NCBI GenBank assembly: GCA_052426225.1
Contig: JBNJNM010000010.1
Span: forward strand, 372,001 to 436,000
DNA length: 64,000 nt
Reading direction: 5' to 3'
Origin: Zancudomyces culisetae HAW-14-8
Taxonomy: Eukaryota; Fungi; Kickxellomycota
Positions 1 to 11,598 of the stretch are shown here, in pieces. The translations under genes and the position numbers were made by a program. Below the pieces are notes generated by a model. It ran no database searches. It saw only the letters and a list, made by a program, of their open reading frames with translations, and was not told where the DNA came from. Within the stretch, counting starts at the first letter, position 1. Each line of letters opens with the position of its first letter.

Positions 1-841
1 TCAGCACCTAAAGCCAGAGTAAGCACAGACAGTCTCTGAAGATTGAAAACCTATTTATCATACCACAGAAATTCATATTTTAGCTAACTGGAAGCTAGAT
101 TTCAGATTTTCCATAGCCCAACTAATGGTATATAAATAATTGATATTAACTTACAACATCGCTTTTTTCATAGGAGGTTGGTAAAACCGATCGAGCAACA
201 GATGTGGACAACTCAAACTGTGGGACAACAGTTACTGCCTTGATTTTATCAGAGTATGGTACCCTGACAAAATCTATGGAATCCCCTGAAATACTCTTAT
301 TCGATCCTTTATTGGCATCCGCTGTTGCAGTATTATCGTCAGAATTACTAGCATGATTAATATAACTCGCTACAATACCACCTACCATTGCAGGTGTAAT
401 GTTATCCGGATGATTTTCAAACACTAAGCAGTACTTAAGTAGTTCCTCACGTGAAAAACCGAGTTTACCAACCTCATTCGCAAGAATGGCTCCTGCAACG
501 ATCGCTGCTGCAGAAGAGCCCATTCCTCTACCTAAGGGAATGTTATTCTCAGCAACCACCTTTGTATACTTGGGAAACTTGGAAAATCCGTTCTCTTTGA
601 GAATGAACAATGCAACGACCAAGATAATGTTCTTCTCGGGTTCTAAAGGCACGGTTGAATTATCCCCAGAGTATTGTATTTCTACATTAAACCCAGGGTT
701 TTTGGCCGAACTTGGAACCTCTTCGTATAACGATATGTCTAGTTTAAGCAAAATATTTACAGCTAGACCAATAACATCAAATCCAGGCCCCATATTTGCC
801 GAGGTGGCGGGGACGCGAATCTCAAATCTGTTTCCACTCAT
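1..841 (-). CDS. THR1: Homoserine kinase (GHMP family), 3'-partial; exons 155..841 and <1..50, intron 51..154
   Basis: Motifs VPATSANMGPGFD, IPLGRGMGSSAAA and ENHPDN. A GTAAGT donor at 154 and TAG acceptor at 51 splice in frame to VFNLQRLSVLTLALG, which continues the conserved DVVFNLQR segment. The gene runs off the left edge. Confidence 0.95.
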
Positions 842-2942
842 CTTTACACGTATGATTCCAACTCGCTAGTGTGAAGCCCCAAATTCTATACGATTATACA
901 CACGTATTAAATGTTAGTACTTGGATTTATGTTTCCACTTGAATCTCAACATAGATTGTTGTCTTTTATTTATGTGTACCTGGTATGAGCAATTTAAATG
1001 AGCTAATTTTAATTTGCAGGAAAAACAAAATACATTCGATAGTTCACTTACTTTTTTACTAGTTAGCTTGTGTTTGTTTTTTCCGGATGAAAAAATGAAA
1101 AAGGTTGAAATATTATAATAATTAAGGGAGAATCTGCTATTTGAGCTTATTTTGGAAGCATTTTTAAATAATCTGCTACTTAGTCATTACTTATCACTCA
1201 AAAAAAAAAAAGAATGTATATAGATTCAGATACAGATTGAGATTGGATCCACATAGTTTATTTTCCAATTACCAAATGGAGGAAAAGTGCTAAAACTATT
1301 GGCTTGCGATTTAGAGGGAGCAGATTGAACCAATTTAAAAAGATGGGCATCAGCGTTAATCTGAGACTTGAGTGACAGTGCAAGGAAAATAGGAAGGGTA
1401 ATGAGGGCTTGGACTGCTGGTCGGTCTACGAGTTATACAATATTCAAATCAATAGTATAGACATCTAATAGCGACAGTATACTATCAAGAAACAGAATGG
1501 TGACATCAGTTAATATATTAGCGGGTGCTTTAACCCAAATGAGAGATGAAGCCTTCTAATTTTTGTACTTTTTTTTGTTGGTTTGTCTAGTTATTGTGTG
1601 AACATGACCAAAAAAGTGGTATTTACCTATAGAAATGTTAAATTTGGACATATCTGGTAAGCTTATCGTAGAGGTACAAAAATAAAGGTGCATTTTCGTA
1701 TTTTAACAAGAAAAAAAGGTATGTATATTTGTTGTGTATAATAATTACTCTGTTTCCACTTTTTTGAAAAGGACTTTAGTTCCAAGCTGTGTTTTAATAA
1801 AAAAGGATACATTTGTGTACTACAGGTGTGCGATCATAAGTACTGGCCACTCGAGTAGCAAGAGTTGACTATTTGGGAGTTAGCTACGGCCAATTTCGTA
1901 AAAACCAATTTTTTCCTCTCAATTTGCTCCATCTTTAAAAATTCAGGTTGCCACACCAGTATTTAATAGAGCACTTAAAGAAGACAAAGCGCTTAGAACA
2001 CACATAAAGGTTGTTGGTATCTAAAGTTTTTGCTGTTCACAGATAATCTAGATGGTCATGTGAGGGCAGGCTTCACAGGCTGATTTTCACGCTAATACTT
2101 TGTTCAATCATGTCATGACTTGGATACAAGAGTACTTTGTTATTTTCCTGAAGCTTTTCATTTATTTATATGAGCATCTGGGTAGCTGGCCAAAAAAAAA
2201 CCTCATGACCCGGAGGGTAAAGGGTATACTGTAGAAGCTTTGCAACAACCTATATTCTTCATTTTTCCTTTGAACATATGCCAAGATTTTGTTTCATTAA
2301 AAACAAAATATGGCCTATGGAGGGTAAACATTATGTAATTTTCACAACTGTTACCAAAATAAAGATGTTAAACTGGCTTTAGGGGGAAAATAAAGACAAC
2401 AAAATCGCGGGATTCTTGGAGCATGATTTTGGGCCATTTTTTCTTGTTGCTAATTTGCGGGTTAAAGAGAACTAGGGTAAAATAAAAATTGGCATAATTC
2501 TTGACACAAAGCCCATTTGCTTTATTTTTTACCAAGACAAAAGCTGTTTGTTGGTAATGAAAAGATCAATTTGGGGGAAGAGCAGAAGGCGAGAATAAAA
2601 TTGGGAGAGGTTCAAACCATTTGAATATATAGCAGGAAATACTATTTGTATATTTTAGCACTGGGCAAAGCCTTTTTTGTTTAGATAAATACGCATAAAA
2701 AACACTTTTGAACAAAGTATTCAAAAAACAAGGGCACTACACAATCCAAAATAACAGTTTATCAGGCTTCGGATACTAAGAATAGCATAAGACTCGATTG
2801 TTTTTATAATTTGTCCTATAGGTTTCAAGAACATACAAGGAATTAGAGGGTATTATTCTGCTTAATAGTTACAGAGTACATTAAGCGCTTTTTATTTTTA
2901 TCGAATTTAAAAACTTAATTTCCAGTTAAAAGAAAAAACACT

Positions 2943-5765
2943 ATGGGTGGAGGAGGTAGTCAGAAGGGAGGTTCAGTGAATATTGAAGACAAACAGGTAA
3001 GTTACTTTTCTAGCAGATATAATATAGAAATTAACGCTGCCTTGTGAGGTAGGATCTTTTAATAACACCTTGCGATACTATGGCTTATAGGAGAAAAAGT
3101 ACTCAAAGTTGTTGTATGCAAAGAGCAAAGTGTACGTGTACAGGTCCGATAAAGAAAGTGACAAAATAGCAGGCCTTTTGGGAGTTTTGGAGAAGGAGCC
3201 TGGGGAGCTCTATATATCATGGGGACCTGAATCACTGTTCCCAGACAAAGAAAAGGAAAAGTATATTGAATTTGAACTTTGTAACGACAGGGTATCGAAC
3301 ACAGATATTCAAGACAGTGTAGGATATTATGTGGAAGATATCTACTTGGAAAGGCAAGGAGAGCTAACTGGCACTGATCTCTATGTGTTCTGCATTAAAT
3401 TAGAGGATATTTACGCATTTTTGTGTACTTGGCCCGCATTTACCAGAAGATATGGATCCATCACAATAAACTTGCATAGTGGAGTGACAATGCCGCCACT
3501 ACACTTCCACGATGAAGAAAGCGCGAGTCGGCTGTTTGGATTGGGAGGGGTTTGGGGTGGACAGGATTTGTTAACTTGGTTGGATACTTTTTACAGTATA
3601 TGCAGAGCCGAGAGGCAGATGAATCTTTTTATTGTGGGACCAAAAAGAGACGGTGACAGCTTGAAGGCAGATGGTAGTAAGTTTGAGGAGAAAAGTGGTA
3701 AGGTAAGAGAAGAGGACACACGTGATGATAGTCCAACAGCAGCAAAATGGAGCCCTGAAGAATTCTCCAAAATGGCAAGCAAATATGGGGAAAAGCTGTA
3801 CCAGGATAACAAAACAAAGATAGATCCAATAGCAAAGCAAGTTAGCGACATTCGATGGAACGTATTTGAAACATTTTCGCATATAACAAAAGCGGTACGA
3901 GATGCGACCAAGACTATGCTCGACCACCCGGCGGCGCAGCCTATTGTACCACTATTGCCCGCATCGGTTCAAGAGTTATCTACACGACACGGGGATGAAA
4001 AAAACAGTTATTTTGCGAATCGAATGGCTCGTGGAAAGGTAGCTGGAATGCAGAACGCGACATTGGAATATGAATCAGCAAGAGTTTACTTGGCAAAATG
4101 GGCTGGAATGCATATATTCAGAAAGGAAAACGAGGAAAACGAGATGGAAATTGAAATGGCGGGACTGAAGGACAAAGGTAGAATTACCGAGTGGGAGCGA
4201 ACCAAGAATCCAAGTATATGGGACGAGTGGCAGTCTGAAAGGGGGGAGTTGGGAGATTTTGATGTGATATTTGTAAGTTACTACTGAGAAGAGTGTATAT
4301 TATATGCATTATATGTATTATATGTATTTTATCTAGAGATGTGCTTTTAGATTAAGCAAAGTGGGTTTTTGATCAAGATTTGAACTTGAAAATGAAATTA
4401 AAAATATAGAGCGAGAGTTCAATGGATCTTCCAAAACCATTGAGAACACAAAAGCCATTGAGTGCAGAAACATGGTATGGGTATTTTTACAAAGATGGTG
4501 TGATGGACCCAGAAGAAAGGCTACTGGTTGATAAACAAGAAATCTTAAAAGCTATATTCTCAGGGGGTATTGAGGGCGATATTAGACCAGTTGTTTGGAA
4601 ATATTTATTGGGAATATATCCTTGGGATAGTAGCATTGGTGAAAGGAACAGAATAGACAAGGAAAACAACGAGAAATATTACCATAGCAAAGGAGAGTGG
4701 CTACATGATGCAGAGTTGAAGGATGGAGAAGATTATGTCGAACAGAGTAGCAGAATAGAGAAGGACGTGTTACGTACAGATAGGAATATAGAGACATTTG
4801 CAACGGACGAAGTCGCAGGGACAGATGCTGAACATTTGACCAGCAACGGCATGCCAGGTAGCAGTGCAAATCTGGAGCAGCTGAAGGATATACTGATGAC
4901 GTACCATTACACAGACAACCACGAGAGTGCAGAAAGGCTTGGATACGTTCAAGGGATGAGCGATCTTTTGACACCAATATATGCTGTATTTCAAAACGAG
5001 GTTGACACGTATTTTGGGTTTGTTGGGTTTATGAATAGAATGAGAAGAAACTTTCTGCGAAATCAGAGTGGAATGACAGATCAGTTGGAAACGCTGTCAC
5101 AGCTAGTGAGGCTGGCAGATCCCATGTACTACGACCACTTGGAGAAGACCAATAGCTCGAATATGTTTTGTTGTTTCAGGTGGTTATTGATATGGTTTAA
5201 GAGAGAGTTTAGCTTTGCCGAAATTACGCAATTATGGGAAGTGCTGTGGACTGATTATTTGAGTGAAGAGTTTGTACTACTTGTGGCACTTGCAATTCTA
5301 CTTCGACACAAAGACGTGATTATGGATCATCTGATTGCGTTTGATGAGGTGCTAAAGTACGTAAATGAACTGAGTGGTTGTATCAGGTTGAATGTGGCTC
5401 TAAAAGATGCCGAGTTGTTATTTTACAGACTCAGACAGCGTATTAACAACATTGATGTTGAAGTGGCGTCAACCATCCAACGAGTGTCTGAAGGGCTTGG
5501 AGATAGTGAGGAAAAGGATAACAATGGTAAAGTTGTAGAGGGGACCTTGGTGGATTTAGATAGTTCAGATAATTCAGATACCAATAAAAATGAAGCTTTG
5601 GCGACTGCCGGCTCTTCAGCAGCAGCAAAATCTACACAACCAACACGACCAGCACAATCAACTCAAGCAAAAGAGTCGAAAGAGTCAATGTCAAATGTGG
5701 TTGCGACTCCGGCAGTGGTGGCCGCTGTGGTTCCCGAGCGAATCCGCAAGATATTTTACCCATAA
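2943..5765 (+). CDS. GYP7: Rab GAP, TBC domain (Gyp7/TBC1D15-17 family); exons 2943..2996, 3091..4272, 4410..5765
   Basis: N-terminal LLYAKSKVYV and PPLHFHD match the Gyp7 PH-like region. TBC motifs IEKDVLRTDR (Arg finger), GYVQGMSDLL (Gln finger) and FRWLLIWFKREF are present. Both introns are GTAAGT..TAG and phase 0, joining the two ORF-track pieces. Confidence 0.93.
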
Positions 5766-5926
5766 GCAATCCGAACAGCACTAGTAACAGTGATGATACT
5801 GCAAATGGAGAACACAATTAGTGTTGATTAGCTACCCTTATAGTTACCTCAGTTTTTATGTTTCTTTCTTCTTAAAAGACCATTAAATAAAATAAAGTAG
5901 AGGAGGAATGAAGGGTAACGAAGAGT

Positions 5927-8731
5927 TTATTTAATTTCATTAAAAGAATCTAATGCAGAGTCAACCAAACCAAATAAATAAACGAGGTAACACTCAGTTA
6001 TCATAAAGTGAATATCTGAAACTGACGAGATATTTGTAGCATCCTTAGATTCAGAGTTGGAGTTGGAGTTGGAATTGGAGAAAGCCCAAATAGAGTTAAT
6101 GAACTTATATAGCCAAAGCCAATGCTCAGCGACCTTAAACAACTCGTATTCAAGAACTGATAAAGCAAAGTTGACTAGCTTAGCTCTGAAAATTTCGGAT
6201 TGCAGTCTGTTACCGAATAATATCCGCCCTGATGGCACGGAGCCAGACCGGGTTGCATCCCCAGTGTTTTTTATATAGGAAAGCAAGCTGCCCAGAGACG
6301 CAACATATTTGTTAACACTATTTTGTAGTATTGACATTAGTTGGTACTGCAAAACATCGGATTTTTTTGGGAATGGCTGATCTCCAGATTCAGATGGCTG
6401 TGAGCCTGCAAAAATAGAGCTTCTTGACTTATGTCGTTTTTCCTTGCAAATAAAATACTCCTTTAATTTCACTTCATCACCAAGGAATCCCGGCACTACT
6501 GCTGGGATTTCTTCTTCTCCACTAGCTGCACTCCTCTCAATATTTTTGTGATAATTTGTGGGTGTAGGAAAATTGGTAATCCGAATCCACGGCATGTCTA
6601 ACAGGTAGCCAGCAACGCTTTTCAGTTTTCTATCATCATCCGGATCTCCAGAGATACCACAGCGCTTAATTATCTCTATGGAGGATTCATACTTTTTCTT
6701 TTCAAGATTCTCCTTACCAATAGCCTCAATATTCTCCTTTACAACATCCCCAAAGACCTCTTCAACTTTTCCTACAACATCTTTGATTATTTCCCTCAAA
6801 CAAACACTTGTACTCTCAACTGAACTCTGTAGATTTCTAACCATAATTGCAAATATCATGTCTATGATATCGGGTACTAAGACTGCACCTACAAAGTTCA
6901 GTACTCTTCCATTATCGCTACCGACAACAGAACCGAGTTTCTCACTCAACCATCCGCTTTGTTCCAAAATCGAAAGCATTGTAGTTTCATCGTTTCGTAA
7001 ATACACCAAATTTTCTCGGATTACAGTTATCGTTGTCTGGATCGAGTGCGACATTAAAGAATCCAACATTTTACATGCTTTCTTTTCGCCCGAGTCGGCC
7101 TGCGTCAGAAATATGTATCGATATTGCATATCTAAATTGAAAATCCAGTCCACAAACGTCTCTATAAATCGCTCCAAATTCATCCCCACATCCGCAATTG
7201 TAGCCATCCTTGTCCGAAACGGGCTAGATACATGTCCAACATTTCTCCTTGCCCTGAAAATATCCATTCCTTTAGTTCCCGTAACGCCACCTTCACTCAT
7301 ACCAAACGGACTACCCAGTGGTTGAATTCTAGGGCTATAGAATCCGGGTGATTGCATCGATGTCCTTTGCGGGCTAAATATCTCACTTCTGACCCACTGT
7401 TGCTGTTGTTGTCCACTACTCCTCCTAGTATTTTCCCCAAATATCTTTCCAAGTTCAACACCCTCTTCATCTATCTCGGACATATACTGATCAATATTAA
7501 AGCCTATCAACTCTGATGTGGTTTTCCAGCCTTGCCACTGTACTTGCAAATACATCATTCTTAACTCCTGCTCACTAAATATCTCCGATTCCCGTAAAAT
7601 ATTCACTGCCATAATCACCGATGTTAGCTGCTGTCCAAAACTTAAGCTTTGGCGCTTATCCGTACCGTCAAACACCTCATTCTCCCGTAGTTTCCCGCCC
7701 CTCCATCCTTTGGGCGCTGTTTCCCCGCTAGATATCATTGACCACGTCAATGCCTTTCGATATGTATTTGTCGAACTGATTATCTCGGTAAACATCTGCA
7801 AAACCAAAGTGTAAAACTCCCTTTTCGCACTTTCCATTATGTTTTCCACCAACCGCTTAATCGCATCTATTGATCCTTGTTCAGCTTCACCTTTATATGA
7901 CCCTTTTGCTCCTGACCTTTTCATAGTTTCAAGCAGATAGTGCGTCTTGAATTCTTCATAGAATTGCTTTGTTCCTTCATATATGTCAATTACCTCTTGG
8001 TATTTACCACTACTTCCAAACTGTCGCATTGTTTTGGGTATTTCTGCAAAAAATATTATGTTTTCCACCTTTTCCAACAACCTCCGACTGATGTTTCGAC
8101 CCTCTCTTATTTTTGTCGAGTATTCAATTAATTTATCGCTCTGGTCCTTGACCTCGGGTACTCTTTGCTTTATTCTTTCTAGTCCCTTATTTATTTTCAC
8201 TCTAGACTCCTTGATATCTTGATACAAGTTCTTCAAATCAGAAAATAACATACCATCGTTCCCCTTCGTATACTCGGAAGATCTTTCTTTTTCTTTTTCA
8301 ATATAGGACGTTTGTTCACTTTCTGGCGTTTTATCATCCTTCATTCCCTCAAGCTGAGATTCAAAATGCTTCTTGTCATTTCCATTGAATTCTTTGTAAA
8401 ACAAATCTGTAATTTCTGCTGAATTCTGCTCAATTTCTCCTTTAACCAGAGCAGTCTCAAATTCTAAAGTTTTCAGAGGAAATTCTAATAGCTGCTTCAA
8501 ATACATTAGCAATCTTCGATCGACATTCTTATTTTCGGTGCGGTTATCCTGAGTACATATATCTTTCTCGCCCTCTTCCTTTCTATCATTTTGATCTCCA
8601 TCTAGTAGCTTTTTGTATATGGTTTGATAGGTTTCTAATTCAAAGTCGTTTAGAAAGCTACCTTCTGATTCGGATACTTGAGCCGAAATGATCCCCTTTT
8701 CGTTTGGATCCGTGTAATTATCTACCTCCAT
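5927..8731 (-). CDS. COG8: Conserved oligomeric Golgi complex subunit 8 (Dor1-like), strongly diverged with insertions, 934 aa
   Basis: Collinear blocks resemble COG8 as I recall it: FAEIPKTMRQFGSSGKYQEVIDI (cf. [22 protein letters not shown]), VNILRESEIFSEQELRMMYLQ (cf. [21 protein letters not shown]), FIETFVDWIFNLDMQYRYIF (cf. LFDIITQYRAIF). Recognised by eye, no HMM run. Confidence 0.7.
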   Translation of the reverse strand: MEVDNYTDPNEKGIISAQVSESEGSFLNDFELETYQTIYKKLLDGDQNDRKEEGEKDICTQDNRTENKNVDRRLLMYLKQLLEFPLKTLEFETALVKGEIEQNSAEITDLFYKEFNGNDKKHFESQLEGMKDDKTPESEQTSYIEKEKERSSEYTKGNDGMLFSDLKNLYQDIKESRVKINKGLERIKQRVPEVKDQSDKLIEYSTKIREGRNISRRLLEKVENIIFFAEIPKTMRQFGSSGKYQEVIDIYEGTKQFYEEFKTHYLLETMKRSGAKGSYKGEAEQGSIDAIKRLVENIMESAKREFYTLVLQMFTEIISSTNTYRKALTWSMISSGETAPKGWRGGKLRENEVFDGTDKRQSLSFGQQLTSVIMAVNILRESEIFSEQELRMMYLQVQWQGWKTTSELIGFNIDQYMSEIDEEGVELGKIFGENTRRSSGQQQQQWVRSEIFSPQRTSMQSPGFYSPRIQPLGSPFGMSEGGVTGTKGMDIFRARRNVGHVSSPFRTRMATIADVGMNLERFIETFVDWIFNLDMQYRYIFLTQADSGEKKACKMLDSLMSHSIQTTITVIRENLVYLRNDETTMLSILEQSGWLSEKLGSVVGSDNGRVLNFVGAVLVPDIIDMIFAIMVRNLQSSVESTSVCLREIIKDVVGKVEEVFGDVVKENIEAIGKENLEKKKYESSIEIIKRCGISGDPDDDRKLKSVAGYLLDMPWIRITNFPTPTNYHKNIERSAASGEEEIPAVVPGFLGDEVKLKEYFICKEKRHKSRSSIFAGSQPSESGDQPFPKKSDVLQYQLMSILQNSVNKYVASLGSLLSYIKNTGDATRSGSVPSGRILFGNRLQSEIFRAKLVNFALSVLEYELFKVAEHWLWLYKFINSIWAFSNSNSNSNSESKDATNISSVSDIHFMITECYLVYLFGLVDSALDSFNEIK

Positions 8732-11598
8732 TCTTATTATTAACCACTTGGACTAGTATCCGCGCTAGACTTCGTGACCGGGATGTCTGTAATTGTTCTG
8801 TTATTCAGTTGAATTAGCACCCTTCTGATTTCCTTCAATGGGTATTGTCAAACACGGAAATTAATTTTGTTGTTAACAATTAGTTCAAAGTTGAGATTGG
8901 AGTAGCAAATAGAATTGCTCAAAATCATCATTTTCTTGAGCAAAAGCACTTTAAAGGATATAATAAAATTAACAAAACTAGGCTAACTACCGCCAAAGTA
9001 AACAAAAATATTATGCCAGTGTTTAACCGGTTTCTAGGTATATAACCGACCTGATTTATATTTCTGACTGCATATATCAAATCATATTTTTCATAGAGTT
9101 TACTATATATTCAACAAATATGCACTCAAATTTATCAGAGTATATACATAGTTGCTAAACAGAAAAAATGTAAACCAAAATAAGAAATTCTTGTCCAAGT
9201 CAGGATACTTGGACAACCTTTTATTTTTGAAGTTGGTTGTTTTCTTTTCTAAAGATAGTTGCAAAGCTGGCAAATTAAATCTGTTTTGTGTTGATACAAG
9301 AAAGGTCGGACCAAATGTATATATAGCCTAAATATGCTCAGCTGAACGCGAGTAAAAGAGGTTCAAATAAATGTTACAGTCAGTGCTTGTTGTCCTACCC
9401 AGGACCAAGTTTTATTTTTAGTATTGTAGTAAACAGTTTAGACACAAACTAAAATATAGATATGACCGCATTACAAAAAAAAACCCCCCAAAAAAGCGAA
9501 TGAAGCTTCCCGAATAAAAAAAATAAATAAACAGGCCAATGTTTATCCCACTCAACAATGCCAAAATAACATAACTTGTAATAACCAAAATTGTAAAAGT
9601 GGCGCCAAAGTACAAGCCCCACCCTCTTCCACACCCCATCCCCTCCAAAAAAAACTTTGAGTGTTTTAAAAGTGCAAATATTCGGGCAATAGGGTGGTCC
9701 AAGTGTGGATTTTATTTTCCGGGTTGCGGATCTGAGGTATACAGATTAATCATACCCGGATAAAAGGAATGATAAAAAGGCGTAGGTTACAGTTAAGGCT
9801 AGATATTGGAAGCACTGTATGGTATTACCTATAAATCAAAGCAAGTACTGAAATAAAATGATAAAAATGGAAATGATACGATATTCATCTTATAATGTTA
9901 AGTTTGCTTTGGTTGAATTGGGGTGTTTTTTAAAAAAAAAAAAGGGGGTGGCGATTAACTGCTCAAGCTGATATACACGTTCGATAAAGATTGTCATGTG
10001 ATATTTAATTCAAGGGGGGTTATTAACTGAAGCAATAAACTAAATAAAATAAGACCATGGATAACACAAAAAGTAGAAAAATGGCAAGATGTGGAGGGGA
10101 TGGAGAAGATAGGTGTAAATATATAAATAAGCAGGTGAAACCACAATATTGTTTTTAAAATAGTCATTCCTTCCTTCCCCACCTACCTCCCCCCCGCAAA
10201 GATATTCCTTGTTAGTGACAATTCAAGTGTGACAGAAATAGTAGTACTGATTTATTTTTGACTAAATGTTTGCGATTTTCTAATTTATTGAGATTGCAAT
10301 AATATTATTTACATTAACATTCGAAACCAAAAGAAAACGAAAGAAAAAACACGAAAAAAACGCAGACTGTTGGGGTATAAGTTCTCGGGTATTCGCTACC
10401 AAAATAAATGATTGGAGATTCGAGCGATAAAACGTGGAATTGATTTAAAATGGAATAGGCGAGAAAAAAAGGTGGCTTTCTGAAATTGTAGCTAACCGAA
10501 AATTAGGTCACACAACTTTTTTATATTATTCTTTTTGAAATTTGTTCCTAAAATGAGAGTAACAGCAATAATAAAAAAATAACAATAATTAGCAAAAAAG
10601 ATGAGATATGGGGTGGGAAGGGGGTCAATAACAAAAAAAAAATGAAATAGCTAAAGGGTTAACTTTGTAGATATGATTGGCTAGATGATGTCCATTTTCC
10701 AGGCATGACACAGAATCTTAATTAAAGGGCTAAAAAAGGCGAATTTAGCAAAACCCAGCACGTATATATTTTTTTATATGAGGCATAACAAAAAAAAATT
10801 TTTTTTTTACACCAATGTGTAATAAAAAAGAGCGTTATATTACAGAGTAAACGTGAAAGTAACGAGCAGAAAAATGCTATTATACAAAAAGAGCTCATTT
10901 AGTAATCCCAAAATGGCGCTAAAATGCGAAAGAGCAAATAGGTAGAACTCGTTTCTGTTCTGTCCAGAATTTCTCGAATGAACAAGGCCGTTTAAGGATA
11001 CGAAAAAAATTTTTTTTTAAACCGATCACCAAAGCATATAATCCCGTTTTTTCATTGAATAAATTGAAGTGCTTTTACTATTCTCTTGAGAACTGAAACA
11101 GGAAATAAAAATCACTTTCAAATCAAACAAAATATAGTATTTATCCACGAAAGCGGAATAAAAAAAAGGCGATAATATTTATTCTTAACCAACATACACG
11201 GTATAAAGAACAATTGCGATTAACTTTTGCGTATACGGAGGAATTCGAATTTACGTTATAATATACATTGCGATAAAAACAGAAATAGATTAAAGCATTA
11301 AGAATAGTGTTTGGAGAAAAGGAAAACGATTAGGAACAAAAACCAAAGCGTACATCATAATCCATACAAGACTGTACAATAGGATACATTGATAACGATA
11401 TCTAAAAAATATAAAAACTAAAACAACAAAGACTAAATACACACAAGCGTTTTTTTTTTGCACTTGCACTATAAAAACCTTAATTTGTGAAAAGAAAGAA
11501 TAAAAGTATTTTGTACAGATAGCAGGGATTGTCTAGCCTAAAAGTTTTATAATCTAAAAGGTAGAAACAAAAAAGAAATTGAAAAAAGCATAATAAGA

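Noticed and set aside
1270-1560. Coding-like, less AT-rich stretch upstream of THR1
   Set aside because: The frames I translated on both strands contain stops and give no recognisable motif; I cannot support a gene or pseudogene.
1826-1895. 5S rRNA-like words (TGCGATCATA, AGCTACGGCCA)
   Set aside because: Similarity stops after ~10 nt; there is no internal control region or 5S fold.
2060-2085. GCAGGCTTCAC resembling a tRNA-Sec anticodon arm
   Set aside because: The stem does not pair and there is no T-arm or acceptor stem.
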